Assembly: GCA_965214095.1 (NCBI GenBank)
Contig: OZ243938.1
Location: 1,792,001-1,856,000, forward strand
Reading direction: 5' to 3'
Length of the DNA: 64,000 nucleotides
DNA from: Candidatus Poribacteria bacterium
Lineage (GTDB): Bacteria > Poribacteria > WGA-4E > WGA-3G
A program made the position numbers and the translations under genes. The notes below the pieces were generated by a model. It did no database searches. It was not told the origin of the DNA and saw only the letters and a program-made list of their open reading frames with translations. Position 1 is the stretch's first letter. Each line of letters starts with the position of its first letter. Shown here in pieces: positions 40,293 through 51,052 of this stretch.

Positions 40293-41451
40293 TCCAGTTC
40301 AACCTTAATTCTTTGGTAACCTCCTTAAGTGTAAACATTTTACCGCCAGACTTGATATATTCGTCTTCATTTCCGAGTTCTTCAATGAATTCTGGTCGCA
40401 GCTCTAACCCTTCGTCTGGATCATAGTCATAATTCTCAAGGAATAGTTCCAATTCCAAATATTGCACGAAAAATTCACAAAATTCGGATTGAAGTTTCGT
40501 CGAATTCTTAGTAGAATTTTCACCTTCCATTAACTTAACTAAGCGTTCGCGCGATACAAAAAGACCCCAATTTCCAATTATGTTTAAAAATGTTCTGAAT
40601 TCTTCGGTTGACAAATCCGACACCTTAATTTCAGGCCGTGGGTCTTGTTGAATCAACACACCCATCCTCCGCGCTTCGCGTCCTATTGTTGAACTTCTAC
40701 GCTGTGTTTCAACTGCAGACACACGATGTCTTAGGCGAAAAATGTCAGCAGACTTTTGTAAGTAAGTAAGCAAGGATTCCTCAAACTCTTCTATATCTAA
40801 AGCAAGGACGTTGTAACCGTTGAAGAATTCCCGAAACTCTTGTGCTAACGCATCGTACGGACTATTCTCAGCAAGAAGCTTAATTAGTTGTTTTCGCGTC
40901 TTAAATATTTCTCCGTTGACAATGGATGCCATCCATTTGTCAAATTGTACTGAATGAATAATAGTCTCCTCCATTTCAGATTCTGTCATTGTATTTATTG
41001 ATTGCGATCTATTAAAGAAATTGTCATAATTGTTATAGTGCTCCTCAGATGACAGCACAACGCTTTCAGTGTATTTCTGATCTGACTTTAAGATTCGTGC
41101 GCTTTCGTTCCCTAAAATCAAAACATCCGCCTTGCTTACTGTTTTAAGGTAATACGCTAAATCTAGAATATCCCCCGAGAATACATAATTCGGTGATATA
41201 CGGCACTCAACGATTCGATCTCTTCTGTTCTTGAAAAGCTCTTCTATCCAAATCTGCAATCTCTGTCGATACTTAGTTGGAAGTTCCTCAATCTGTTTAA
41301 AGATAGATTCTTGTAATTCATTTCCCGAATCAACAACTATTACGCCGTTTGCTTCAATCTCGTTCAAGCAATCCGTTACATTGGTTCCATAGATTGGATT
41401 GAAATAATCACTATTAAACGTAGTGGAATCAAAAACTGCACTAATTGGCAT
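40285..41451 (-). CDS. Hypothetical ATPase-partner protein with C-terminal antitoxin-like domain
   Basis: 388-aa ORF between the ATPase and RelE, with an 8-nt overlap with relE; C-terminus KVSDLSTEEF...DPDEGLELRPEFIEEL...GKMFTLKEVTKEL resembles short antitoxins. Confidence 0.7.
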   Translation of the reverse strand: MPISAVFDSTTFNSDYFNPIYGTNVTDCLNEIEANGVIVVDSGNELQESIFKQIEELPTKYRQRLQIWIEELFKNRRDRIVECRISPNYVFSGDILDLAYYLKTVSKADVLILGNESARILKSDQKYTESVVLSSEEHYNNYDNFFNRSQSINTMTESEMEETIIHSVQFDKWMASIVNGEIFKTRKQLIKLLAENSPYDALAQEFREFFNGYNVLALDIEEFEESLLTYLQKSADIFRLRHRVSAVETQRRSSTIGREARRMGVLIQQDPRPEIKVSDLSTEEFRTFLNIIGNWGLFVSRERLVKLMEGENSTKNSTKLQSEFCEFFVQYLELELFLENYDYDPDEGLELRPEFIEELGNEDEYIKSGGKMFTLKEVTKELRLNWNV

Positions 41452-41467
41452 TATGCAACTCCTTACT

Positions 41468-43075
41468 TTATCTCAGTTCACGCAGACGTTCTGGAAAAAA
41501 CCCGTTAGGCCATTCATCGATGAAATCGCCTTCTTCATCAAGTCGCAGCCGTTCTGCTTTAGCACCTTCAAGTCCACGACTAACGTATATCACTGATACA
41601 TCTTCAGGTTTAATTTCCTTTTCACGTACTAAGCGCTGCAGACGTAAGACTAGATGTTCACTATGCGTTTCAATAATGAATTGGTTACCTCTTGAAATGG
41701 CTTTAACTAAGAGATCGCCTAAGTCTGCCTGCAGTTTAGGATGTACATGAACTTCAGGTTGCTCAATAGAAATAATTCGTTTCTCTGAAACCAAACTTTG
41801 GACAACGAAGGGGAGAATTTGACTAATTCCAAAACCAACATCTGGTAGTGCTACATTTACCTGTTTTTTTCGACGTGTATCTATCAGCCTAACTTCAAAA
41901 AGATCACCAGAGTCCGTCTTTACCGGTTTCATTTCTAGTTTATATCCAATGTCAAGTCGTTTCAACCATTCATTTGTGTTTTCAACCAATTCAGGTTGGC
42001 GTAATAGCAGATCTGGAAGCATGTCTCCTTGATAACCAACATCTGGAGGACTAGTACCTCTAAATATATACCATCTTTCCGGTGGTCTTCGAAAAGGCCC
42101 CATAGGGAAAAGAGTTCTCAGTGTTCTCTCTAATGCCTGTGAAGCAGTCATGGTTAAGTCAGCAACATCGAATGCCATCATGTCAAATCGAGGAGGAAAA
42201 AACGAACCAGGTCCTGTTATTGAAGATTTATTCTCTCTTTTTATGACTCCAACTGGAAGAAATCCTTGTATGCCTAAAACTGTATTCATCTCTTCCTTGT
42301 GCCTCTTGGAAATGTATGTTTTCAAGTCAAATTTATTCGAATAAAATTCGCTATCTAAACTTAAAGAATCAATTTCTCTCTGGAGTCTATCAACTTTCTG
42401 TTGTTCCTGACTTGAAAGATTCTGTTTATTGTGATCTTTCACTTGATCTATTTGGTGCTTGAGTAATCGCTTTAAATGCAATTGTCTTTCTTCAATTTCT
42501 CTAAGTACTTCTTTTATGTTGTCTTTACACCATTCAAACTCTGGTTTCCAATATTCTGTTGCCTTTGTTACCCAACTACACTTTAAAGCAGGTAACTTTG
42601 TGGGTGAAAGTTCAAACGAATCATGAAAAAAGCCCATCATTATCCAAAAGTCACCAGGATCTACAGTTTCACCTGATGGCTGGAATTTGGCAATACACTT
42701 AGAAAATTCTCCATGATAGATTTCAATTTGATCTAATAGAACTTCCTGCTTAAGCGATGGTCTTTTGAATTTAATTTCAATACCAAATTGCCGGTTAATC
42801 TTGGTTTCTATACGAATTGATAGAGTGCGTTTCAAATTATGGTCAAATATCATTTCCTTAAAACTACCAAGATCAACAATCCCATTTTCAACTCGGAGTG
42901 CAAGTGGAGCACTTACATCTCGGCTTTCTCGTGTCTGTTTGAGCAGATTCAGTGCTTGTAATATAATACTTTTCCCCGCGCTGTTTTCGCCAAAAATCAG
43001 TGTTATAGGTGCAAACGGAATTCGAGTTCGTTCTCCAAACGACTTGAAGTTCTTTAATTCTAGTGCGTGAAGCAT
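41468..43075 (-). CDS. ABC-type AAA ATPase with DUF3696-like C-terminus
   Basis: LKNFKSF, Walker A GENSAGKS, signature VGFGISQILP, Walker B IEQPEVHVHP, IETHSEH, terminal DEWPNGFF. Confidence 0.9.
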   Translation of the reverse strand: MLHALELKNFKSFGERTRIPFAPITLIFGENSAGKSIILQALNLLKQTRESRDVSAPLALRVENGIVDLGSFKEMIFDHNLKRTLSIRIETKINRQFGIEIKFKRPSLKQEVLLDQIEIYHGEFSKCIAKFQPSGETVDPGDFWIMMGFFHDSFELSPTKLPALKCSWVTKATEYWKPEFEWCKDNIKEVLREIEERQLHLKRLLKHQIDQVKDHNKQNLSSQEQQKVDRLQREIDSLSLDSEFYSNKFDLKTYISKRHKEEMNTVLGIQGFLPVGVIKRENKSSITGPGSFFPPRFDMMAFDVADLTMTASQALERTLRTLFPMGPFRRPPERWYIFRGTSPPDVGYQGDMLPDLLLRQPELVENTNEWLKRLDIGYKLEMKPVKTDSGDLFEVRLIDTRRKKQVNVALPDVGFGISQILPFVVQSLVSEKRIISIEQPEVHVHPKLQADLGDLLVKAISRGNQFIIETHSEHLVLRLQRLVREKEIKPEDVSVIYVSRGLEGAKAERLRLDEEGDFIDEWPNGFFPERLRELR

Positions 43076-43507
43076 CAGATTTCTCCTAACCACCTTTCTT
43101 TAACTGAGATTTCTCAATACACTGTGAAGTTATTACCTATCAACATTCTGTTAATTTAAGAGCATAAAAATGCGAATCTAAGTATCTTGTTTTGTTCCTG
43201 TTTTGTGAAAAAACTGACTTGTTTCCAATACAAAACAGTATAGAACGTTCAAGAAAATGGGATATCTAACGGAAAAACAAGCAAAATCGAAGCATACCCT
43301 GAGTGCATTTTCATGACCACATAAGCATTGCGTCTTTATGGTTATTAGGTTTAGAACCATTGTGAGAAATCTCAGTTTAACTATCAATTCAGTTGATAAT
43401 TCAATAGTCATTAATCTAAGACCTAACCACCCTAGCCTGAGAGATGTATTTTAGGATAATATACAACATCTAAAGATGTTTGTCAAAAGAATTGTTTGTA
43501 TAGTATA

Positions 43508-43709
43508 ACCTAAGTTGCTACCTATTTCCAAATAGCATTTTAATATTTGTAGCGATAATATATATACTTTCAACTCAAAACCAGCAGCTATCACCGCGTG
43601 AATCGTTTTTGGTAAGAGTTGAGTAATGAGACTATTTGACACCTCAACACGTTTTCTATATAAATGTTGGAGGTAAACCTCCCATGGTTCAATAGGTAGC
43701 AACTTAGGT
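43508..43709. mobile_element. 202-bp internally deleted IS982-family derivative (MITE)
   Basis: Perfect 19-bp TIR ACCTAAGTTGCTACCTATT; 7-bp TSD TAGTATA on both sides; carries the IS982-like transposase tail RKRVE...S......PKTIHAV..AGFELKV. Confidence 0.85.
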
Positions 43710-43776
43710 TAGTATACCATAGAATGTAGTTGTAATTAATAATAAATTATCTATGTCAGATAAGTTCAATTACAGA

Positions 43777-45264
43777 TTATAGGTAGGTTACTGCCCTTTG
43801 AATCCGCTTCAAAACTTCATCTCTACCGAGCAGCGCGACAATATCAAAAAGACTCGGACCAAACGATGTGCCTGTCAATGCAATTCGCATCGCTTGCATG
43901 GCTGCAACGCGTTTGATGTCGTTTTCATCCGTATATTTCCATACTGCAGCTTCAACGGTTTCAAGGTCAAACGTTGAGATGTCATCCAAAATCTGTTTGA
44001 GATTTGTAAGGATTTCACGAGTTTTTTGCTTCTTCTCATCTGAACTACCCCACCATTTCTTCGCAGCTTTTGTTTCATATTCAAAATCATCGGAGAAGAA
44101 GTAGCGTGTCTGCGGGAGGATGTCCTGAAACGTTGTGAGTCGTTCACCCACGGCTTCAACAATCTTTTCAAGCCAATCTCGTTCTGTATTGGAATCCACC
44201 AAACTTTCCTGTTCCCAGAAAGGCAAAACGGCATCTGTGCGTGCAGAAACATCCAACTGATTGATGTAATGTGAATTGAGCCATTCCAACTTCTTAATGT
44301 CAAACACACTACCGCTTTTACCAACCCGTTCAAGGTCAAACTTATCTATCAGTTCATCCACTGAAAAGATTTCCTGTTTGTCATCGTAAGACCAACCGAG
44401 TCTGGCAACGAAATTCAGCATCGCTTCGGGGAGATACCCTTGTTCACGGTATCGGTTAACAGCGACAAGATCACCGTGATGTCTTTTGCTAAGTTTTCTA
44501 CCAGTATCGTCAAGGACAAGTGGAATATGGGCAAATTTAGGCAGGCTTAAATCGAGAGCATTCGCAATTGCAATTTGTTTCGGTGTGTTATTGAGATGTT
44601 CTGTTCCCCTGATAACGTGGGTTATCCGCATCTCTGCATCGTCAATAATAGAGGTGAGATTGTAATTTGGCATACCGTTGGAACGGACAATTACCTCATC
44701 CTCAAGCGTGGCAGGATCAATGTTACGTGAACCGAGAATTAGGTCATCAACACGGATTGGCGTATCAGGCATTTTAATACGGACGGTCGGTTTTCTACCA
44801 TCTGCGATAAAACCTTCTATCTTTTCCTGTGTAAGTTCACGGCATCTACCATCGTAAGATCGGGTAGATTTAGCAGCACGTGCTTCTGTGCGAATCTCTT
44901 CCAACTCTTCGGGTGTACAATAGCAACGGTAGGCATTACTACTCTCAAGTAGTTGCGTTACATATTTATCATAAATGTCTTTGCGTTCGGATTGCACATA
45001 AGGACCATAAGGACCGCCAATATCACCACCTTCGTCCCACTTCAAACCCAACCATTTCATTGCGGAATAGATCTCTCGCATAGATTCGTCTGTGGAACGT
45101 TCCGCATCTGTGTCATCAATCCGAAGTATAAATTGTCCTTTATGATGTTTTGCGAACAGCCAATTAAACAACGCTGTTCTGGCACCACCGATATGTAAGA
45201 AACCTGTCGGAGAGGGTGCCATACGAACTCTCACTGGATGCTGTGGAACCGATGTAACGTTCAT
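43777..45264 (-). CDS. gltX: Glutamate--tRNA ligase
   Basis: [24 protein letters not shown] zinc region, THVIRG, KLSKR. Confidence 0.97.
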   Translation of the reverse strand: MNVTSVPQHPVRVRMAPSPTGFLHIGGARTALFNWLFAKHHKGQFILRIDDTDAERSTDESMREIYSAMKWLGLKWDEGGDIGGPYGPYVQSERKDIYDKYVTQLLESSNAYRCYCTPEELEEIRTEARAAKSTRSYDGRCRELTQEKIEGFIADGRKPTVRIKMPDTPIRVDDLILGSRNIDPATLEDEVIVRSNGMPNYNLTSIIDDAEMRITHVIRGTEHLNNTPKQIAIANALDLSLPKFAHIPLVLDDTGRKLSKRHHGDLVAVNRYREQGYLPEAMLNFVARLGWSYDDKQEIFSVDELIDKFDLERVGKSGSVFDIKKLEWLNSHYINQLDVSARTDAVLPFWEQESLVDSNTERDWLEKIVEAVGERLTTFQDILPQTRYFFSDDFEYETKAAKKWWGSSDEKKQKTREILTNLKQILDDISTFDLETVEAAVWKYTDENDIKRVAAMQAMRIALTGTSFGPSLFDIVALLGRDEVLKRIQRAVTYL

Positions 45265-46994
45265 TTCTGTCCTTTCTGGATTTTTGCCCAGCTATCTCGC
45301 AGTGCAACTGTCCGATTGAATACCAATTTATCAGGTGTTGTGTCTGGATCAATACAAAAATACCCTATTCGTAAGAACTGATACCGACTTTCAGGTGGTG
45401 CGTCAACGAGACTTGGTTCTACCTTGCAGTTATTTGTAATCTGTAAAGAATCTGGGTTTAGGAATTGAATCCAGTCAGTCCCATCCGAGGCATTTTCCGG
45501 TTCACGTTCTGTAAAGAGTGTATCGTATAGACGCACCTCAGCATCAACAGCATGTTCTGCAGAAACCCAGTGCAGTGTCCCTCGCACTCGTCGTCCATCT
45601 TCAGACCAACCCCCTCGCGTTTCTGGATCATAAGTGCAGTGTATTGCAACAATTTCACCAGTGTTTTCATCTTTGACAACGCGTTCACAGGTGATGTAGT
45701 ATGCATGCTTTAGTCGCACTTCACAGCCAGGAGCAAGTCTATAGAATTTCTTGGGTGGATCTTCCATAAAATCATCCCGTTCAATATAGATTTCTCTTGA
45801 GAATGGAACTTCTCTTGTCCCAGCATTTTCATCTTCCGGATTGTTATCTGCATCAAGCATCTCTACCTGCTCTTCCGGATAATTATCTATGATCACCTTG
45901 ACAGGATCTAACACAGCCATAACACGTGGTGCGCGTTGGTTCAAATCGTTGCGGATAGAGTATTCAAGCTGTCCAATTTCTATAAGATTATCGGCTTTTG
46001 ACACACCAATACGATTACAGAAGTCCCGTATAGATTCTGGCGTATAACCGCGACGACGCATGCCAGAAAGCGTAGGCAATCTCGGATCATCCCAACCGTT
46101 GACATGCCCTCCTTCAACAAGCATTTTAAGCTTCCGTTTACCGAGAACTGTATAAGAAAGGTTCAGCCGTGCAAATTCAATCTGCCGTGGTTGGTAAATT
46201 TCCAATGATTCCAGAAACCAATTGTATAGCGGACGGTGATCTTCAAACTGAACATCACATAAGGAGTGCGTGACACCTTCAATGGAATCGGATTGTCCGT
46301 GCGTAAAATCATAAGTGGGATAGATGCACCAATTCGATCCGTGTCTGTAATGTGGTGCACGGAGCACGCGATACATCACGGGATCACGCATATTTAGGTT
46401 CGGACTTGTCATGTCAATTTTGGCACGGAGCGTGCGAGAACCGTCTGGAAACTCGCCAGCGCGCATACCACGAAACAAAGTCAGATTCTCCTCAACAGTG
46501 CGATTCCGATAGGGACTATCTTTGCCGGGAGTTACTAATGTGCCACGGTAATCACGTGTTTCGTCTGGTGTCAAATCACAGACATACGCTCTCTCTTCTT
46601 CGATCAGTTTGATGGCATACTCATAGAGCGTCTCAAAATAGTCGGAGGCGTAAAATTCACGATCTTCCCAATCAAATCCAAGCCAATGAACATCACGTTT
46701 GATTGCCTCTACGAATTCATGCTCTTCAGTGATGGGATTGCTGTCATCAAACCGAAGGTTGTAGAAACCATCATAATCTTCGGCAATTCCAAAACTGATA
46801 CAGATAGCTTTTGCGTGTCCTATATGGAGATAACCACTCGGCTCCGGAGGAAACCTCGTATGCACTCTTCCATCATATTTATTGGCTGCAATGTCTTCTT
46901 CTATCGCTTGACGGATAAAGTTTGAGTCAGAGACGTTTTTGTCGTTTTCTTGTGTGTTCTTGGACTTTTTAGAGTCGTGTAACGGGTGATTCAT
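45261..46994 (-). CDS. glnS: Glutamine--tRNA ligase
   Basis: [54 protein letters not shown]. Confidence 0.97.
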   Translation of the reverse strand: MNHPLHDSKKSKNTQENDKNVSDSNFIRQAIEEDIAANKYDGRVHTRFPPEPSGYLHIGHAKAICISFGIAEDYDGFYNLRFDDSNPITEEHEFVEAIKRDVHWLGFDWEDREFYASDYFETLYEYAIKLIEEERAYVCDLTPDETRDYRGTLVTPGKDSPYRNRTVEENLTLFRGMRAGEFPDGSRTLRAKIDMTSPNLNMRDPVMYRVLRAPHYRHGSNWCIYPTYDFTHGQSDSIEGVTHSLCDVQFEDHRPLYNWFLESLEIYQPRQIEFARLNLSYTVLGKRKLKMLVEGGHVNGWDDPRLPTLSGMRRRGYTPESIRDFCNRIGVSKADNLIEIGQLEYSIRNDLNQRAPRVMAVLDPVKVIIDNYPEEQVEMLDADNNPEDENAGTREVPFSREIYIERDDFMEDPPKKFYRLAPGCEVRLKHAYYITCERVVKDENTGEIVAIHCTYDPETRGGWSEDGRRVRGTLHWVSAEHAVDAEVRLYDTLFTEREPENASDGTDWIQFLNPDSLQITNNCKVEPSLVDAPPESRYQFLRIGYFCIDPDTTPDKLVFNRTVALRDSWAKIQKGQK

Positions 46995-47163
46995 TAATAA
47001 CTCCTAACTTAGTAAATTATACTTTCAATATGTGCCATAGTCAAATATTTGAAGAGATGCTTGTGTTACCGTTTCTACCCGCTCTAAAAATATGAAACCC
47101 ATTGTTCTTGCAATACGTTAAGAATGTAAGGGAGAGTAACATCAAAATATTAAGGGGACAGAT

Positions 47164-47373
47164 ATGTATAAAATTACGGGACAACCAGACAATGAACGGC
47201 AACTATTAGATAATAGAAAACCAAGGTATTACGAGTTAGCATTATATTTTGCAGCTGCCAAAGCAAAAGAAGAAGAATTTCATTGGGAGAATTTTATTGA
47301 CAATTTATCTTATATCTGTGATAAATATGCTTCCCACATCAAGTCAAACAACGTTTCTAATGGGGAAATGTAA
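47164..47373 (+). CDS. Small hypothetical protein
   Basis: 69-aa ORF with an AAGGGG RBS in an otherwise empty gap. Confidence 0.4.
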   Translation: MYKITGQPDNERQLLDNRKPRYYELALYFAAAKAKEEEFHWENFIDNLSYICDKYASHIKSNNVSNGEM

Positions 47374-47443
47374 TACTCACTTGAAATTGTCAATTAAATA
47401 AATCCTAATTTCTCATATAGGGTAGGGTGTCTTGTAGCCTACC

Positions 47444-48697
47444 CTATTTTTCTTTAATTTTTTCCTTCAATTTTGAATGATTTTTGAATATTTCCACGAG
47501 ATTCGTCACTAATTTTTCAGGATCATGACGAATAACGTTCATCTGAGCACCACCTAACCACGTCCCGATTTCAGTTACGACCATGTCTCTGATTAGGTCT
47601 GCCTCAACAACGATAATTCCATCGTCTTCAAGTTTCTCCATCTTACGATTGTAAGACACTTGGACTTTTGAAGCGTCTGCAACATGCATGGTTTCTGCAG
47701 AAAGTGATGAAATATCTTTGGATAGGTTCAACACCTCGGTAAGATGTTCTGTATCTTCAGCCAACTTCGTAAGTCCTTCTTCAGCAAATGATCGAATACG
47801 AGTGAGTTGTGAAACCATTTCTTTCCGCACATACTCCTGCATAATCTCTTGCGGAGCAGGTTGATTATTTGCTAATACATAATCAATTGGAATCTTTGCA
47901 TGGTCAAATATAGCGTTGACATGATCCGTGACTGCATAACCGTCTGTTTCTCCCGGTTGTGTCATCACATTGCATACATAGATTTTCAGAGCATTTGACC
48001 GTTGAATAGTATCAACGATGCCTCTAATCACCAGATTTGGCATAATGCTGGTGTATAGACTACCCGGTCCAATGATTATTGCATCAGCGTTAACAAGTGC
48101 TTCAATCGCTGTCTCGTGTGCTTTGCACTCGTAGTCTTCGTCGTAGTGATGATGGGTTCTCCCGTTCTCTCTCGGTTCAAAAAAGACGCGTTTTATCGGT
48201 TCACGATTTTCACGTACCGGTATTGTTGACTCACCTTTGACGATTTCACCATCTGCAAGTTCAGCACAAAGCACGGTATAATCTAAAGTCACCGGAATGA
48301 TTTGTCCACGCACCGAGAGCAATCGTGATGCGGCTTCAATCGCCATCGGAAAGTTGCCTTTGAACTGTTCTGTCAGTGCAGTTAATAAGAGATTACCGAT
48401 TGTATGTCCACCGAGATCACCATTGCTTGAAAAGCGGTGTTCAAAAAGACCTGCAAGTTCATCTGCATCCGATAATGTACACAGCAACCTACGGATATCA
48501 CCTGGCGGCAGCATATCAAATTCTTTAACAAGTTTTCCCGAACTCCCACCGTCATCAGAGACAGTAACGATCGCAGATAAACTGTCCAGATCAATAATCC
48601 TACGGTCACCGTTTTCTAAATCGGCATATTGCTTAATTCCGCTGAGCAATGCGGATAAACCACTTCCACCGCCAATGCACGCAATTTTCAAAGACAT
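47444..48697 (-). CDS. YvcK/GlmR (CofD-like) gluconeogenesis factor
   Basis: IGGGSGLS, VTVSDDGGSSG, PPGDIR, GHTIGNL, GPGSLYTSI, NVMTQPGET, RHD. Confidence 0.9.
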   Translation of the reverse strand: MSLKIACIGGGSGLSALLSGIKQYADLENGDRRIIDLDSLSAIVTVSDDGGSSGKLVKEFDMLPPGDIRRLLCTLSDADELAGLFEHRFSSNGDLGGHTIGNLLLTALTEQFKGNFPMAIEAASRLLSVRGQIIPVTLDYTVLCAELADGEIVKGESTIPVRENREPIKRVFFEPRENGRTHHHYDEDYECKAHETAIEALVNADAIIIGPGSLYTSIMPNLVIRGIVDTIQRSNALKIYVCNVMTQPGETDGYAVTDHVNAIFDHAKIPIDYVLANNQPAPQEIMQEYVRKEMVSQLTRIRSFAEEGLTKLAEDTEHLTEVLNLSKDISSLSAETMHVADASKVQVSYNRKMEKLEDDGIIVVEADLIRDMVVTEIGTWLGGAQMNVIRHDPEKLVTNLVEIFKNHSKLKEKIKEK

Positions 48698-48817
48698 AAC
48701 TACTCCAAACCGTCAAACCATTTGTTCAGTAAACTCAAATTATTGCAGTTTTAATATTGGACAAAAATTGTCAGATTTCTCAATTCAAAGATTTATTATA
48801 ATATGTGACAAATAACG

Positions 48818-50230
48818 TTATTTAAGGTTTATCTGTTTCATTAACATTTTTAAATTTTTTAGTGTATCATCACAGAGCATTTCTGCTTCAGATTCAGAAG
48901 GAGCCTCACTGAATACTCTAATTACTGGTTCTGTGCCAGATTTTCGGACGTTAACCCATCTGTCATCCCAAACGCGTTTGATTCCATCTGTCAATTCAAG
49001 ATAGAAAGTTGGTTCTCCGGTTCCTGTTCTAACCTCATCTTCATACATCTTCAAGGCAAGTTCTACGAGTTGGGTTGCTACTGTTTGTGAAGGTATTTCC
49101 AATTTTTTTCTACACATCTCATATTTCGGTATGGAATCAACAAGTTCAGACAATGTGCTATGGGATTCGGCAAGATGCTGAACAATTGCTGCAATAGAGG
49201 CGATACCATCAGTCGTATAGTTGATAGAAGGATATATTATTCCACCTGTGCCTTCGCCTCCTATAGCTGCATTAACCTCATGCATTTTTTCAACGACCCA
49301 TCCCACACCAACTTTCGTTCGATGAAGTTTTACTCCATGTTTCTCTGCAATATCATCTAACATTCGGCTTGTTGAAACGGTAGCAACAATATCTCCTTTT
49401 TCCTTTTTAAGAATAAAATCTGCTACAATGGCGAGTGTCCATTCTCCACTGAGAGCAGTACCACTATCCGTTACAATCACAACCCGATCCGCATCTCCAT
49501 CGTGTGCAAATCCGATATCCGCGTTGGTATCTTTTACGACTTGACACAGTTCATCCAGCGCATCAGGTGTAGGTTCAGCAGGACGATTGAAGTTACCGTC
49601 AGGTACACAATTAACTTCAACCACATCACAACCGAGTTCACGCAATAAGATTGGACTAATAACACACCCCGCACCATTGCCACAATCAAGTGCGACCTTT
49701 AAATTCGTTTTTCGTATTAAATCTACGTCAAGCCATGGTGAACTGTTTATATGCTCAAGGTGCTGATTTACAGAGTCCTCATATATCTCAAGTGTTCCTA
49801 ACTGATCCCATGGTGCTAAAGCAAATTCCTCCGTTTCATATATCTGTCTCAATTCCTCCCGTTCTGTCTGTGTCAGCAATCTTCCTGATTCTGATGCAAA
49901 TTCTATGCCATTCCACTCCACAGGATTATGACTGGCAGTGATGGTGATACTACCTTGTGCCCTCAGTGTTTTTGCCGTCAAGAGGACAGTCGGTGTTGGA
50001 CACAATCCTACATCTATGACCTTACATCCAGTTGCGTAGAGTCCAGCCAAAACTGCATTCCGAATCATAGGACTTGAAGTGCGTGTATCTCGTCCCACAA
50101 CGACAGTTTTACCATTGACATAAGTGCCAAAAGCAAGCGCGAACCGTGTAATAATCCGCATATCAAGCGAAACACCAACTTGTCCGCGAACTCCCGAAAC
50201 ACTGATAATAGGATCTTTTGTATTACTCAT
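48818..50230 (-). CDS. Phosphohexomutase (phosphoglucosamine mutase/PMM-like)
   Basis: SVSGVRG, ITASHNP, DGDADR, GGEG.GG, RKSGTEPVIR. Confidence 0.9.
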   Translation of the reverse strand: MSNTKDPIISVSGVRGQVGVSLDMRIITRFALAFGTYVNGKTVVVGRDTRTSSPMIRNAVLAGLYATGCKVIDVGLCPTPTVLLTAKTLRAQGSITITASHNPVEWNGIEFASESGRLLTQTEREELRQIYETEEFALAPWDQLGTLEIYEDSVNQHLEHINSSPWLDVDLIRKTNLKVALDCGNGAGCVISPILLRELGCDVVEVNCVPDGNFNRPAEPTPDALDELCQVVKDTNADIGFAHDGDADRVVIVTDSGTALSGEWTLAIVADFILKKEKGDIVATVSTSRMLDDIAEKHGVKLHRTKVGVGWVVEKMHEVNAAIGGEGTGGIIYPSINYTTDGIASIAAIVQHLAESHSTLSELVDSIPKYEMCRKKLEIPSQTVATQLVELALKMYEDEVRTGTGEPTFYLELTDGIKRVWDDRWVNVRKSGTEPVIRVFSEAPSESEAEMLCDDTLKNLKMLMKQINLK

Positions 50231-50258
50231 GAATTCTCTCTATGATAATTATCTCACT

Positions 50259-51038
50259 TTAATCAATAACGACAAAATTGGATGACCTATACAGTTTCCA
50301 TGTCCACAAAAAACAACACCCGCTTATGACAAGCTGCCAGAAACAACTAACATACCACGGCGGAAATGAGTAAACAAAGTATGTAATCGGTGTAAGTTCA
50401 TATAACAGCGGATTTCTGAAAATGTCCCAACCATCAAAGATGCTACACACTGCAATCAACGGGTTTATGTGAAGGATGGGTTGAACCATCGGTTGTATAT
50501 CATCAATGTAACGTCCCAAAGGTTTAAGAAGAAACGCACTTCCCAACAATACACCCCATATAAAATACGCAAATTCTGTTCCATAAAATTCATCCTTCAA
50601 TACCCGCGCACCCCACATACCGACTGCTCCCGCCGAAATACTATAGAGTGTCAAAACAACAATCATCGCCAATGATTTTCCGATTGTAACTTCAGTGACA
50701 ATAAGTGCGAATCCTGTTGATAAATATACCCAACATAGAAGGGGTATTAGACTAATAAAAAGACGTTTGAATAGAGGTATGATGGAAAATATAGGTCTAA
50801 GGAATAACATCTGAGCGGAAGGAGTGGGCTGATTATCAGAAACTATATTTGGAGAGGCGAGATAAGGTGCTACTAAGAGAACAACGAACACCTGTGCAAG
50901 TGAAAAACATTCGGCAGTTGAACCAAGGTTGGCATGGTTCAACAATCCATATACCAACCATTGTAAAAGACTCGCTATACCGAGAGATATAAAGATAATC
51001 TTTATTGAAATATGTTTAGTCTCAATCTCGGAATTCAT
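50259..51038 (-). CDS. Multi-pass membrane protein (ABC-2 permease-like)
   Basis: About six hydrophobic helices; INPL motif. Confidence 0.6.
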   Translation of the reverse strand: MNSEIETKHISIKIIFISLGIASLLQWLVYGLLNHANLGSTAECFSLAQVFVVLLVAPYLASPNIVSDNQPTPSAQMLFLRPIFSIIPLFKRLFISLIPLLCWVYLSTGFALIVTEVTIGKSLAMIVVLTLYSISAGAVGMWGARVLKDEFYGTEFAYFIWGVLLGSAFLLKPLGRYIDDIQPMVQPILHINPLIAVCSIFDGWDIFRNPLLYELTPITYFVYSFPPWYVSCFWQLVISGCCFLWTWKLYRSSNFVVID

Positions 51039-51052
51039 TAGTAATTCCTAAG

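Noticed and set aside
43178-43702. ORFs 43178-43411 and 43451-43702 as functional genes
   Set aside because: The first has no motifs; the second is only a transposase tail inside the IS982-derived MITE
47420-47447. GGTAGGGT...CCTACCCTA palindrome as a separate REP family
   Set aside because: Single short imperfect copy between convergent genes; equally explained as a terminator
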